The notes: generated from the letters alone by a model not told the origin. Positions 10,211-22,550 are shown, counted from the stretch's first letter. The stretch is 64,000 nt of DNA from Parcubacteria group bacterium (GCA_041659685.1 JBAZXV010000007.1:6348-70347), one strand, 5' to 3'. Numbers and translations: made by a program.

Positions 10211-10244
10211 AAAAACAGCCCGTTGCAAGAAAGGGCTGTTTTTT
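10211..10244. terminator. Bidirectional terminator between manB and trpS
   Basis: AAAAACAGCCC...GGGCTGTTTTTT. Confidence 0.7.
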
Positions 10245-10269
10245 GTGTTTTAAAATGCGCTCTGAAAAT

Positions 10270-11247
10270 TTACAGCAGGCCTATTTTTTCTCTCACTTCT
10301 TTCATTTTTTCCGTTGCCAGCTTTTTGGCTTTTTCTTTTCCTTCTTCCAATATTCTCAAGACTTCTCTGTCCTCAATTTCATTGTATCTTTTCTGAAAAG
10401 GCTCCAGAAAGCTGATGATAACTTCGGCCAGATCTTTTTTGAATTCCGCATATCCTTTTCCCTGGTAGGAAGCGGCAATTTCTTTCGGCGTGGCATTGTC
10501 GAGAAGGGCATAAATATTCAAAAGATTTTTTATGGCCGGCTTGCCGTCCAAATATTTGATTTCTTTTCCGCTGTCGGTGACGGCCCGCTTTATTTTTTCG
10601 CGAATTTCTTCAGGCGAATCGGTGAGGGCGATATAATTATATTCCGATGTGGCGGATTTAGACATTTTTTTCGTCGGATCATCGAGTCCCATGATTCGCA
10701 TTCCTTCCTTTACAATGTCAGGCTCGGGAACAGAAAATGTTTCCCCGAAAGTATTATTGAATCGGCGGGCAAGGTTTCTGGCGATTTCAACGTGTTGAAG
10801 CTGGTCTTCGCCTACGGGCACAAGGTTCGTGTCATAAAGCAATATGTCGGCGGCCATCAGGACAGGATAGTTGAACAGTCCCGCGTTAATGATCTGTTTG
10901 TGCTCCTTGGATTTGTCCTTGAATTGGGTCATTCGCTCAAGCTCCGGGATTTTCGTGATCGTATTCAAAATCCAGGCCAGTTCCGCGTGTTCGGAAACCT
11001 GAGACTGGACGAAAATCGTCGATTTTTCCGGATCAATTCCGGCGGCCAGATAGATTTTGGCGACCTCAAGCGTTTTTTTCCTAAGCTCTTCAGGTTTTTG
11101 GGGAACGGTGATGGCATGAAGATCCACTACGCAGAAAATTGGTTCGTATTTGTTCTGAAGTTCCACCCAGTTTTTGATGGCTCCGAGATAGTTTCCCAAA
11201 TGGAGCGTTCCGGATGGCTGTATTCCGGAGAAAATTATTTTTGGCAT
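10270..11247 (-). CDS. trpS: Tryptophan-tRNA ligase
   Basis: FSGIQPSG, HLGN, YPVLMAADIL, VPVGEDQ, KMSKS. Confidence 0.97.
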   Translation of the reverse strand: MPKIIFSGIQPSGTLHLGNYLGAIKNWVELQNKYEPIFCVVDLHAITVPQKPEELRKKTLEVAKIYLAAGIDPEKSTIFVQSQVSEHAELAWILNTITKIPELERMTQFKDKSKEHKQIINAGLFNYPVLMAADILLYDTNLVPVGEDQLQHVEIARNLARRFNNTFGETFSVPEPDIVKEGMRIMGLDDPTKKMSKSATSEYNYIALTDSPEEIREKIKRAVTDSGKEIKYLDGKPAIKNLLNIYALLDNATPKEIAASYQGKGYAEFKKDLAEVIISFLEPFQKRYNEIEDREVLRILEEGKEKAKKLATEKMKEVREKIGLL

Positions 11248-11417
11248 AAAACTTGTAAAATAATGTTAGCTGGAGTTATAATGTAATTAAATAGTAATCG
11301 GAAACCGGTAATTAGTAAAGAGGGTTGAGGCATCCTCCAAATATGGATGAGGCGCGGAAATGATCTTCTTGACTGCCGGTATATTACCTGTTAACATACT
11401 TCGAGCTTTCTTTATTT

Positions 11418-11768
11418 ATGATGAGACTCATTATTCATATCCTTTCCAATGCTCTTGGCATCTGGGCGGCGGCGCGGCTGGTTGCCGGAATCCATTTCTA
11501 TGGAAATTGGAAATGGCTGATCTTGGCCGGAGCAGTGCTGGGTTTCGTCAATTTTTTTATCAAGCCAATCGTCAAAATAATTTCAACTCCGCTTATTTGG
11601 ATAACATTGGGGCTGTTTACCGTAGTAATCAATGTTCTGATGCTTAATTTGGCGGCCAAAATCGTGGGAGCGCTCGTAATTGACACATGGATGGCGGCAT
11701 TCTGGACGGTGATAATAATAAGCGCGATTAATTATCTGGCTTCGTCTCTCGCGAACGGCGACAACTAA
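11418..11768 (+). CDS. YvlD-like 4-TM membrane protein (phage holin family 4-like)
   Basis: LGFVNFFIKP...TLGLFTVVIN motif; 116 aa hydrophobic. Confidence 0.8.
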   Translation: MMRLIIHILSNALGIWAAARLVAGIHFYGNWKWLILAGAVLGFVNFFIKPIVKIISTPLIWITLGLFTVVINVLMLNLAAKIVGALVIDTWMAAFWTVIIISAINYLASSLANGDN

Positions 11769-11808
11769 GAAGATTATAATCAATTTATCGAATAACCAGT
11801 CCTAACGA

Positions 11809-12039
11809 ATGGAAAAAATATTAACAATCATCCAAATAGCCGTTTCGATTCTGCTAACGGTCGCAATCTTGCTCCAAAACCGCGGGGCGGGCCTTGGGTC
11901 TACTTTTGGCGGAGATTTTGGAGGCTACTACACAAAGAGAGGCTTTGAGAAATTTCTTTTTTCCGCCACTATCTTTCTGGGGGCGATCTTTCTGGGGGTT
12001 GCAGTTGCCTTGATCTATATAACCTCAAGGGCTGTTTAA
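11809..12039 (+). CDS. secG: Preprotein translocase subunit SecG
   Basis: ILLQNRGAGLGSTFGG...RGFEKFL with two TM helices. Confidence 0.92.
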   Translation: MEKILTIIQIAVSILLTVAILLQNRGAGLGSTFGGDFGGYYTKRGFEKFLFSATIFLGAIFLGVAVALIYITSRAV

Positions 12040-12097
12040 TTGCTCTTCTGGAAAAACCTTTTGTTCCTTGAATTACTTTTGATTACGAAAATTATAA

Positions 12098-13771
12098 ATG
12101 CGCAGTTGGCAAAAAATTTCTAAAACTTTTTCCGATAAGGAGCGTATAATGGTTGGCTGGCTCATCCTGATTGCGGCGGTGTCACTCATTGTCACGGTCG
12201 GGGCTTTCTACTACCACTATACAAGGGCCGTTCCTGTCATTGGCGGCGAATACAAAGAAGGGATAGTGGGGCAGCCGCTGTATGTAAATCCGATTTTGGC
12301 CGCCGGCAATGATGCTGACGCGGATCTTTGCGCGCTTGTTTATTCCGGGCTTTTCAAATATGACAGCGAGGGAAAAATCGTTCCGGATCTCGCCGAAAGC
12401 TATGAAATTTCCGATGATAAATTAACATATACCCTTCATCTTAAAAAAGATATAAAGTGGCAAGACGATGAGCCTTTTACTGCCAACGACGTTCTCTTTA
12501 CCATCCAGGCGATTCAGGATCCGGCTTTCAAAAGTCCGCTTCGCCAGAACTGGCAGGGAGTTGGGATTGAAGTCGTGGACGACAATACGGTCCGTTTCAT
12601 ACTTCAGAATCCTTATGCCTTTTTCCTTAATAATTTATCACTCGGAATTCTTCCGATGCATATCTGGGGGGCAGTCGCTCCCGGCAATTTTCCGCTGGCT
12701 GAATATAATCTCCGTCCGGTGGGGACCGGTCCCTACAGATTCGTGAATTTTGAAAAAGACGACGAAGGGAATCTTCTCTCTTATGATCTCGAGGCCAGTG
12801 AAAACTATTACGCCCAGAAGCCTTATATAACCAATTTGAATTTTCAGTTCTATTACGACGAAGATTCGATGATAGAAGCTTATAACAACAAGCAAATTTT
12901 CGGAATGAGCTATATTTCTCCTTCAAAGGTGGCCGATATCAAAAGCAAAAAAAGCAATGACATCCATGCCATAAATATCCCGCGCTATTTTGCCGTTTTT
13001 TTCAATCAGCAAAAAAGCAAGGTGCTGGCAGACCGCGAAGTGAGAAAAGCATTGTCTTTGGCTATCGACAGACAGGCCATTATAAACGAAGTTCTGGCCG
13101 GAGAAGGGAAGGAAATATATACTCCCATTCCCCCGGGAACATTCGGCTCCACGGAAGACGTGAAAAAGTTTTCCTTCGATATTGAAAAGGCGAACAAAAC
13201 GCTCGACGACGACGGTTGGAAGCGGGGAGACGACGGCATCAGGAAAAAAGACAATCAGACTCTTGAATTCAATCTGACAACCACCGATTGGCCGGATCTC
13301 GTGCAAACAGCGGAGCTTCTCAAGAAAGAATGGGAGGCAATCGGGGTGAAGGTTGAATATGAAACTCTTCCGGTGGCTGATATTCAGCAAAACTACATCA
13401 GGCCCCGGGAGTACGAAGCTCTTCTTTTCGGGCAAATGCTCGGAATCGATCCTGATCCGTTTGCTTTCTGGCATTCTTCCCAAACTCACGATCCGGGAAT
13501 GAATTTGGCGCTTTATTCCAACACCGAAGTTGATAAGATTTTGGAAAAAACCCGCCAAGAAACAAACGCCGATGATCGGTTGAAGGACTATGAAAAATTT
13601 CAGCAAGATGTGGCCGATGACGTGCCGGTATCCTTTCTGTATAGCCCGAACTATCTTTATATAACCAACAAGATGGTAAAAGGGGTTGATATAACTTCCG
13701 TGGCTACTCCCGATAAAAGATTTGCAAACATTGCCGAGTGGTATATGAAAACGAAAAGAATAAAAAAATAA
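12098..13771 (+). CDS. Peptide ABC transporter substrate-binding protein (family 5, AppA-like)
   Basis: PDLAESYEIS, KWQDDEPFTANDVLFT, PVGTGPY; N-terminal membrane anchor. Confidence 0.9.
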   Translation: MRSWQKISKTFSDKERIMVGWLILIAAVSLIVTVGAFYYHYTRAVPVIGGEYKEGIVGQPLYVNPILAAGNDADADLCALVYSGLFKYDSEGKIVPDLAESYEISDDKLTYTLHLKKDIKWQDDEPFTANDVLFTIQAIQDPAFKSPLRQNWQGVGIEVVDDNTVRFILQNPYAFFLNNLSLGILPMHIWGAVAPGNFPLAEYNLRPVGTGPYRFVNFEKDDEGNLLSYDLEASENYYAQKPYITNLNFQFYYDEDSMIEAYNNKQIFGMSYISPSKVADIKSKKSNDIHAINIPRYFAVFFNQQKSKVLADREVRKALSLAIDRQAIINEVLAGEGKEIYTPIPPGTFGSTEDVKKFSFDIEKANKTLDDDGWKRGDDGIRKKDNQTLEFNLTTTDWPDLVQTAELLKKEWEAIGVKVEYETLPVADIQQNYIRPREYEALLFGQMLGIDPDPFAFWHSSQTHDPGMNLALYSNTEVDKILEKTRQETNADDRLKDYEKFQQDVADDVPVSFLYSPNYLYITNKMVKGVDITSVATPDKRFANIAEWYMKTKRIKK

Positions 13772-14025
13772 TCGATACCTGAAAGATTAAGGAGCCGGTC
13801 CGGGTATCAAAGGAATACAGATTGCAATCAAAACAGTTAACGAGCCAAAATGTTGTTGGCTTGAAGATTATTAAAGATTCTCTTTTCGGCGGCTATTCAA
13901 GAACTGAAAGAAAACAGCCGCTTTCTGGGATTTATTGCCGATCGGAGCGAGTGGAAGGCCCCGCTTTGGCGGGCTCTGGGTAAATGGCAATTTATTTTGG
14001 AATTACCGAAAGAATCAGGGTCGAC

Positions 14026-14054
14026 TTGACAAAATGGCAGGATAGTGATATTAT
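14026..14054 (+). promoter_or_regulatory. Sigma70-like promoter upstream of the HIT gene and tRNA-Leu
   Basis: TTGACA-N17-TATTAT with TG just upstream of the -10. Confidence 0.55.
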
Positions 14055-14128
14055 TACACAATTACTTGCCCTTGCATAAAAAATACTTTATATAAGACAT
14101 TACTAAGAAAAGCCTCGAATTTAGATAT

Positions 14129-14650
14129 ATGCATAATCATGCAGAGCCGGGTTATCAATGCCCAATTTGTCTTGGTGTTAGAAAAATAGAAAATAAAGAC
14201 ACCTTAATAAAAAAAAGCGATATTGTCTTCCAAAACAAATTGGTTACCGCTTTTGTCGCCTCTTTTTTCGTTGGCAGAAATGCCGGGCACCTGATAATTG
14301 TGCCAAACCGGCATTTCGAGAATATATATGACCTGCCTGAAGAATACGGAAAAGAAATATTCAGGATGTCCAAAAAATTGGCTCTTGCGGCAAAAAAAGC
14401 TTATTTGTGCGACGGAATAACAATCATGCAGAATAATGAGCCAGGCGGCGACCAGCACGCATTTCATTATCATCTTCATATTTTTCCGAGGTATGAAAAA
14501 GATGATTTTTCGAGTAATATGAACAATAAAAAATTAACGGATTTTAGGGTCAGAAGATCCTATGCCGAAAAAATAAAGAGGAAATTAAAAATAAATTTAC
14601 AGGCCGAAGTGGCGGAATCGGCAGATTCACTCCGTACTAATTTCAGTTAA
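14129..14650 (+). CDS. HIT family hydrolase
   Basis: CPIC, GHLIIVPNRHFENIYDL and HYHLHIFPR. The last codons run through a tRNA-Leu 5' relic. Confidence 0.9.
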   Translation: MHNHAEPGYQCPICLGVRKIENKDTLIKKSDIVFQNKLVTAFVASFFVGRNAGHLIIVPNRHFENIYDLPEEYGKEIFRMSKKLALAAKKAYLCDGITIMQNNEPGGDQHAFHYHLHIFPRYEKDDFSSNMNNKKLTDFRVRRSYAEKIKRKLKINLQAEVAESADSLRTNFS

Positions 14651-14808
14651 ATCTTGGGGATGTGGCGGAACTGGCAGACGCGCTAGCTTCAGGAGCTAGT
14701 AGTAGCAATACTGTGAGAGTTCGAATCTCTCCATCCCCACAAATGAAAAATATTAAGCCGAAATTGGTACGGGGCAAGCTCGTGAGAGTTCAAATCTCTC
14801 CTTCGGCA
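14603..14808 (+). pseudogene. Split relic of a second tRNA-Leu (5' part 14603-14625, 3' part about 14779-14808) enclosing an intact tRNA-Leu
   Basis: GCCGAAG/CTTCGGC-A acceptor stem, TGGCGGAATCGGCAGA D-arm start, GAGAG-TTCAAAT-CTCTC T arm; the anticodon arm is absent. Confidence 0.85.
14656..14739 (+). tRNA. tRNA-Leu(CAG)
   Basis: Acceptor GGGGATG/CATCCCC-A, anticodon arm CTAGC-TT CAG GA-GCTAG, long variable arm, GTTCGAAT T loop. Confidence 0.96.
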
Positions 14809-14878
14809 CAATTTAATCAATCCTTTAAAGAACAAAAGCACTGATCATGGATCATTGTTCTCTGTTCACTGAAAAAAA

Positions 14879-16582
14879 ATGATTGCAACAAGAGCGCGCC
14901 GTCCGCAAAGGAGCGGCGTCAGAAATAATTTAAGAGTGATCCCTCTCGGGGGTCTCGAAGAAGTCGGTCGAAACATGACTCTTTTTGAGTACGGAAAAGA
15001 CATTATTTTGGTCGATATGGGTCTTCAATTTCCCGAAGAGGATATGCCGGGAATCGATTACATCATTCCCAACACGGAATATCTTCGCGGAAAAGAAAAG
15101 AACATCCGGGGAGTGATTATCACTCACGGCCATTACGACCATATTGGCGCAATACCTCATCTGATTCCGAAACTTGGAAATCCGACTATCTACGCGACGG
15201 AATTGACGCGGGGCATAATCATGAAGCGTCAGGAGGAATATCACGTTCCCATCAATATAAAGACCGTGAAGAAGATCGACCGGCTGACATTGGGAGCCTT
15301 TAATATTGAGTTTTTCCATGTAAATCATACGATTCCTGACGCAGTGGGTCTTGCCATTACGACTCCGGTGGGAACGATTGTTCATACAGGCGATTTCAAG
15401 TTTGATCACAGTCCGGTAGCGGACGCGCCGGCGGATATCGCGAAAATTGCCCGAATTGGGGGAGAAGGGGTGCTTGCCCTTATGTCGGACAGCACTGACA
15501 GCAATACGCCGGGATATTCGATTTCCGAGTCGGTGATCAGAAAAACTCTCGACGAGCTTTTCAAAGACACCGGCGGCAGGATTATCGCGGCGACATTTGC
15601 CGCCCTTATCAGCCGCATCCAGCAAATCATCGAGCTTTCGGAGAAATACGGCCGGAAAGTCGCCATTGACGGTTATTCAATGAAGACTAATGTGGAAATT
15701 GCCCGCACTCTCGGTTATCTGCAGGTCAGAAAAAATACCATTATTCCCATCAGTGAAGCGAATAATTATCCCGATGATAAAGTGACGATTGTCTGTACCG
15801 GCGCCCAGGGCGAGGGAAAGGCCGTGCTCATGCGTATCGTTAACGGAGAGCATCGGTTTGTAAAAGTTCACAAGAACGACACCGTGATTTTTTCTTCGTC
15901 AGTTGTTCCGGGAAATGAAAGAACAGTTCAGGGACTCAAGGACGGGCTTTATCGGAAGGGCGCAAAAGTGATTCATAACGATATGCTTGATGTTCACGCC
16001 GGAGGGCATGCCCGCCAGGAGGATCTCAAAATGATGATCAATCTTCTCCGGCCGAAATATTTGATTCCTATCCACGGGCACTATTATATGCGCAAAGTCC
16101 ATGGCGAGCTTGCCGAGCAAGTCGGCATGAGTCCGGAAAATGTTCATATCGGTGACAATGGCCAGGTGATTGAATTTGATTATCGGGGCAACGGAAAATT
16201 AATGGAAGAAAAGGTGCCCTCGAGTTATATCATGGTTGACGGGCTTGGAGTCGGCGACATCGGACAGGTTGTCCTTCGCGACCGGCAGGTGCTGGCGCGA
16301 GACGGGATGTTTACTATTGTGACTATTATTGATTCGAAAACAAAGCGGGTTATCGGAGAGCCGCAGGTAACCTCGCGAGGATTCATTTACGTCAAAGAAA
16401 ATTTCGATCTTGTGAACGCGACCAAAAAGAAAGTGAAGGAAGTGGTCCAGCATGCGACTTCGAAAAATGAATCCGTGAACTGGTCTTACGTTAAAGACAA
16501 TATCCGCGATACGGTGGGCCAATTCCTTTATTCCAAGACTCAGCGCCGTCCGATGGTCCTTCCGGTGGTGATTGAGGTATAG
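14879..16582 (+). CDS. rnj: Ribonuclease J
   Basis: PLGGLEEVGRNM, THGHYDHIG, HTGDFK, HAGGH, RRPMVLPV. Confidence 0.96.
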   Translation: MIATRARRPQRSGVRNNLRVIPLGGLEEVGRNMTLFEYGKDIILVDMGLQFPEEDMPGIDYIIPNTEYLRGKEKNIRGVIITHGHYDHIGAIPHLIPKLGNPTIYATELTRGIIMKRQEEYHVPINIKTVKKIDRLTLGAFNIEFFHVNHTIPDAVGLAITTPVGTIVHTGDFKFDHSPVADAPADIAKIARIGGEGVLALMSDSTDSNTPGYSISESVIRKTLDELFKDTGGRIIAATFAALISRIQQIIELSEKYGRKVAIDGYSMKTNVEIARTLGYLQVRKNTIIPISEANNYPDDKVTIVCTGAQGEGKAVLMRIVNGEHRFVKVHKNDTVIFSSSVVPGNERTVQGLKDGLYRKGAKVIHNDMLDVHAGGHARQEDLKMMINLLRPKYLIPIHGHYYMRKVHGELAEQVGMSPENVHIGDNGQVIEFDYRGNGKLMEEKVPSSYIMVDGLGVGDIGQVVLRDRQVLARDGMFTIVTIIDSKTKRVIGEPQVTSRGFIYVKENFDLVNATKKKVKEVVQHATSKNESVNWSYVKDNIRDTVGQFLYSKTQRRPMVLPVVIEV

Positions 16583-16618
16583 GTAAATTCAAATCGGCAA
16601 GAAAAAGGAACCATTACG

Positions 16619-16657
16619 AAAGTAAAGAGTCGCTTCAGGGCGACTCTTTACTTTTTT
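16619..16657 (+). terminator. Intrinsic terminator after rnj
   Basis: AAAGTAAAGAGTCGC...GCGACTCTTTACTTTTTT. Confidence 0.75.
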
Positions 16658-16706
16658 CGATTCTTGCTTTACAATTCATAATTAGCTTTTTAACCGGCCC
16701 ATTATA

Positions 16707-19529
16707 ATGAAAAAAACGCATCTCATCATAAAAGGAGCTCGGGTAAACAACTTAAAAAACGTCAGTGTTGAAATTCCCCGCGACAAGATGGTTGTCATAA
16801 CCGGTCTTTCCGGATCAGGAAAATCTTCGCTGGCTTTTGATACGATTTTTGCCGAAGGGCACCGCAGATATGTGGAAAACTTATCGGCCTACGCGCGCCA
16901 ATTCTTAAATGTGGCTAAGAAACCGGAAGTCGATAAAATCGAGAACCTGGCGCCGGTTATCGCCATAGATCAAACTAATATCAACAGGAGTCCCCGCTCG
17001 ACCGTTGGGACAATGACGGAGATTTACGATTATCTCCGTATTTTGTTCTCCAAAATCGGCGAGGCTCATTGTCCAAAATGCGGAAAGCTCCTCACTAAGA
17101 AACAATCAAACGAAGTCGCAAATGAAGTCATAGAAAGCGCAGAAGGGAAAAGCGTTCAGATGATTGTTATGGCGAGGCCTTCTGAAAAGAGAAAAAGCAT
17201 CCGGGAAACGCTTTTGGAATTCGGACAGCTGGGATACGCCCGCGCCAGAATAGGCGGAAAGGTAATGGCCATTAAGGATGCGATCAGACAGCCGGAAATT
17301 ACAAGCAGCGCTCTGTCTGCCGATCTTGTGATCGATCGAATCATAATAAACAGCAAATTTCAGGACAGGGAGAGGCTCATTGATTCAATCGAAACAGCCA
17401 TGAAGCTTGGAAAAGGAGAGGTAATTATCAGATTCGAAGACGAAGAAGAAGACAGGAAATATAACCGGTATATGATCTGTCCGGATTGCAATTTCGTGCT
17501 GGAGGAAATTACTCCGCGCCTTTTTTCTTTTAACAGCCCCGAAGGAGCCTGTCCTTCCTGTTTTGGGCTTGGAACAAAACTTGAAGTTGATGTCGACCAG
17601 GTTATTCCCAATAGAAATTTAAGCCTCAACGAAGGGGCGATTCGGCCGTGGAAAAACATGGGATCCCGCGGATTGAACCAGAACGGATATTTGAAGAGTC
17701 TGGAGAGGATTGCCAAAAAATATCGTTTTTCTCTTGATCAGCCGGTGAAGAAAATAAGTTCTGAGGCTCTAAAGGTGATACTTTTTGGCGAAAACGGAGA
17801 AAGCGGCATTGGAGAAAAAAGCAATTTTTCGGAGTACGAGGGCGTTGTTCCGATGATGCAGCGCAAATATAAAGGAGCAAATTCCGAATATATAAGGAGC
17901 GAAATTGAAAAATACATGATTGTTAAAATCTGTCCCGAATGCGCCGGGAAGAGACTGAGCGAAAAATCGCTTTCGGTTTTAGTGGACGGAATGTCGATTC
18001 ATGATTTTTCCGAAGTCAGCCTGGCCAATTTCAAGGAAAAATTTCTGGCCGTTGAAAAGAAAGACAGTATTTCGGAAGGCGACAGAAGGATTGTGAATGA
18101 AATATTCAGGGAAATTGATAAAACCATCATGAATTTGTGTGAAGCGGGACTGGGATACCTCAAGCTTTCCCGAAACGCCAATTCTCTTTCCGGCGGGGAA
18201 GCGCAGAGGGTGCGTCTCGCCACTCAAATCGGATCGGGACTCACGGGAATTCTTTATATTCTGGACGAGCCGTCTGTCGGTCTTCACGAAAGGGATACGG
18301 AAAGACTCATAGAAGTAATGAAAAAACTCAACAATGAAGGAAACAGCGTTATTGTGGTTGAACACGATCCTCAGATAATGAAGGCTGCCGATTGGATAAT
18401 TGACATGGGTCCGGGAGCGGGGGAGGAAGGCGGAAAAATTATTTTTTCAGGTACGTACAAAAAGATTTTCTCTTCCCAAACCGTAACCGGCCGATATCTC
18501 AGCGGCAAGAAAAAAGTTTTCAATAAAAAATCTTACCGCAAGGGAAAAGGAAAGGAGCTTGTGATTTTGGGCGCGGAAGAAAACAATCTGAAAAATATTG
18601 ACGTGGCAGTTCCTCTTGGGAAACTGGTTGTAATAGCAGGCGTTTCCGGCTCGGGAAAAAGTTCTCTTATGCAGGATATTTTAGGGAAGGCTCTGAGCCG
18701 TCATTTCTACGGGAGTAATAAGCTTCCCGGGAAGCACAAAAGGATAGCGGGAATCGAGCATGTTTCAAAGGTGATCAGTATCGACCAGTCGCCGATTGGG
18801 CGGACGCCCCGCTCGAACGCGGCGACCTATACGGGCGTATTTTCCCATATCAGGGACATATTTTCCGAAACTTCCGAAGCGGAAGCGCGCGGTTATACCC
18901 CTTCCCGGTTCAGCTTTAATATGAAAGGCGGGCGATGCGAGGTTTGCCAGGGAGAAGGGCAGAAAAAAATCGAAATGCATCTTCTTCCCGATATTTATAC
19001 TCCCTGTGAGGCTTGCCGGGGAACAAGATATAACCAAAAAACACTTGAGATTGAGTTTCGCGGAGTAAACATTGCCGAGGTGCTGGACATGAGCGTCAGT
19101 TATGCCCTTTCATTTTTTTCGAATTATTCGCTGGTTGCCGACAAACTCCAAACTCTTTGCGACGTCGGGCTGGGATATCTGAAACTTGGACAGTCCGCCA
19201 TGAATCTTTCAGGAGGGGAGGCTCAAAGGATAAAGCTGGCGACGGAACTGGCGCGCCGTACGGACGGGAAAGCGCTTTATATTTTGGACGAGCCCACTGT
19301 CGGACTTCATTTTGAAGACGTCGCAAAGCTTCTTCGAATTCTGGACGAGCTGGTTGAAAAAGGAAATACTGTTTTGGTCGTTGAACACAATCCGGACGTT
19401 ATTTCAAGCGCGGATTGGGTGATTGAGCTTGGTCCTGAGGGAGGAGAAGAGGGAGGAATGATAGTTTTTGAAGGGACGCCGAAGGAGCTCAAAAAAGCGA
19501 AAACCTGGACTGCTAAATATATGAAATAA
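16707..19529 (+). CDS. uvrA: Excinuclease ABC subunit A
   Basis: Two ABC modules ([26 protein letters not shown] twice), zinc fingers, [13 protein letters not shown]. Confidence 0.96.
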   Translation: MKKTHLIIKGARVNNLKNVSVEIPRDKMVVITGLSGSGKSSLAFDTIFAEGHRRYVENLSAYARQFLNVAKKPEVDKIENLAPVIAIDQTNINRSPRSTVGTMTEIYDYLRILFSKIGEAHCPKCGKLLTKKQSNEVANEVIESAEGKSVQMIVMARPSEKRKSIRETLLEFGQLGYARARIGGKVMAIKDAIRQPEITSSALSADLVIDRIIINSKFQDRERLIDSIETAMKLGKGEVIIRFEDEEEDRKYNRYMICPDCNFVLEEITPRLFSFNSPEGACPSCFGLGTKLEVDVDQVIPNRNLSLNEGAIRPWKNMGSRGLNQNGYLKSLERIAKKYRFSLDQPVKKISSEALKVILFGENGESGIGEKSNFSEYEGVVPMMQRKYKGANSEYIRSEIEKYMIVKICPECAGKRLSEKSLSVLVDGMSIHDFSEVSLANFKEKFLAVEKKDSISEGDRRIVNEIFREIDKTIMNLCEAGLGYLKLSRNANSLSGGEAQRVRLATQIGSGLTGILYILDEPSVGLHERDTERLIEVMKKLNNEGNSVIVVEHDPQIMKAADWIIDMGPGAGEEGGKIIFSGTYKKIFSSQTVTGRYLSGKKKVFNKKSYRKGKGKELVILGAEENNLKNIDVAVPLGKLVVIAGVSGSGKSSLMQDILGKALSRHFYGSNKLPGKHKRIAGIEHVSKVISIDQSPIGRTPRSNAATYTGVFSHIRDIFSETSEAEARGYTPSRFSFNMKGGRCEVCQGEGQKKIEMHLLPDIYTPCEACRGTRYNQKTLEIEFRGVNIAEVLDMSVSYALSFFSNYSLVADKLQTLCDVGLGYLKLGQSAMNLSGGEAQRIKLATELARRTDGKALYILDEPTVGLHFEDVAKLLRILDELVEKGNTVLVVEHNPDVISSADWVIELGPEGGEEGGMIVFEGTPKELKKAKTWTAKYMK

Positions 19530-19585
19530 TTTTCAATTATCAATTATATCGTTTAAAATTGATCATTGGAAATTGAAAACTGGCC

Positions 19586-20566
19586 GTGGACGATGTTGAA
19601 AATATCAGAAAGAATATACTTTCAACGCTTATTTATTACAATATCCTTGATTTTCCTCTCACTTCTTTTGAAATCTGGAAATATCTAACCGCTGCGAAAG
19701 GAGATGCAGGCGAAAAAAAGAAAGTTTCACTGGGGGATATATATGGGGTTCTGGAGAGCGGGAAACTTGGAAATCGCATTGAAGAATATCGCGGTTTTTA
19801 TTTTCTGCGCGGGCGGAAAAAATTAGTCGGGATCAGGATTCAAAACGATAAGAATTCCATTGAAAAGCTGAAAATTTCTGAAAAAGTTGCCTGGTGGCTG
19901 AGATTCGCGCCTTTTGTCCGGATGGTGGCGGTCACCGGAACGCTTGCGATGAAAAATACCGAACCGGAAAGCGACATTGATTATTTCATTATTTTGAAAA
20001 AAGGCAGAATTTTTACGGGAAGATTATTAGTGACGGCAATGGCGCATATTCTGGGGCGGAGAAGGCATGGAAGAAAAATAAAAAACCGGATCTGCCTTAA
20101 TTATTATATTGCGGACAATAGTCTTGAGATTAAGCGCCAGGATCTTTTTGCGGCTAACGAATATACCTTTGTCTTTCCCCTTTACGGATTTTATTTATTC
20201 CGAAAATTTTTGGCAGAGAATGCCGGATGGATAAGAAAATATAAGCCGAATTGGGAAATACCTGAAATTGCGCCGGCGAGATATTATGTCGGAAAATCCA
20301 GTTCGAGCCGATTGCTTCAAAAAGCCGGAGAAACCTTGATAAATTCCCTTGGAGGCGATAGAATAGAAGCCTGGCTGAAAAGAAAACAGATTAATCGGAT
20401 AGAGGGCAATATACTCACAAAAAAAGAAGGGGCATATGTCGAAGCGGACGATTATAATTTGATTTTTTTGCCTGAACCGCAGGGGCCAAGAATAGAAGAG
20501 AAATATGAGACCGTTGCGGGAGAAATATATTCAGAGAATATCTCTTACGACGAATCATTCGGCTGA
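19586..20566 (+). CDS. Hypothetical protein with a nucleotidyltransferase-like motif
   Basis: VAVTGTLAM...SDIDYFII resembles the Pol-beta GS..DxD motif; GTG start. Confidence 0.6.
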   Translation: MDDVENIRKNILSTLIYYNILDFPLTSFEIWKYLTAAKGDAGEKKKVSLGDIYGVLESGKLGNRIEEYRGFYFLRGRKKLVGIRIQNDKNSIEKLKISEKVAWWLRFAPFVRMVAVTGTLAMKNTEPESDIDYFIILKKGRIFTGRLLVTAMAHILGRRRHGRKIKNRICLNYYIADNSLEIKRQDLFAANEYTFVFPLYGFYLFRKFLAENAGWIRKYKPNWEIPEIAPARYYVGKSSSSRLLQKAGETLINSLGGDRIEAWLKRKQINRIEGNILTKKEGAYVEADDYNLIFLPEPQGPRIEEKYETVAGEIYSENISYDESFG

Positions 20567-20570
20567 AAAG

Positions 20571-20635
20571 TTGACAGAAAAAATATTTTTTCTATAATAA
20601 TCATTGGATTGGCAGTCTCTGTCTTCGAGTGCCAA
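20571..20635 (+). promoter_or_regulatory. groEL promoter with a CIRCE (HrcA operator) variant
   Basis: TTGACA at 20571 and TATAAT at 20593. TTGGCAGTC-N9-GAGTGCCAA at 20609-20635 compares with the consensus TTAGCACTC-N9-GAGTGCTAA. Confidence 0.85.
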
Positions 20636-20694
20636 TGCAATAGGATTTACGAATTATGGTTTATGATTTATGAATTTTTTCTCATAAATCGTAA

Positions 20695-22476
<1,782 letters not shown>

Positions 22477-22516
22477 GCCGGCAAACAATAAGTAATTTAG
22501 TCCGGCGGGATATATC

Positions 22517-22550
22517 AAACAGGGACTGCGAGAGCAGTCTCTGTTTTTTT
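22517..22550 (+). terminator. Intrinsic terminator after groEL
   Basis: AAACAGGGACTGC-GAGA-GCAGTCTCTGTTTTTTT. Confidence 0.75.

Noticed and set aside
10243-11286. 347-aa ORF antisense to trpS
   Set aside because: It fully shadows a clear trpS, is Phe/Arg-rich with no motifs, and is the expected antisense open frame from codon bias.
14603-14808. Spliceable tRNA intron (group I or BHB) explanation for the nested tRNA-Leu
   Set aside because: Joining the outer halves gives no anticodon arm, and no group I core or bulge-helix-bulge is visible.
14662-14844. Short ORFs over tRNA genes (also several at 54461-55152, 55691-55920 and 35774-36154)
   Set aside because: They are translations of tRNA sequence.
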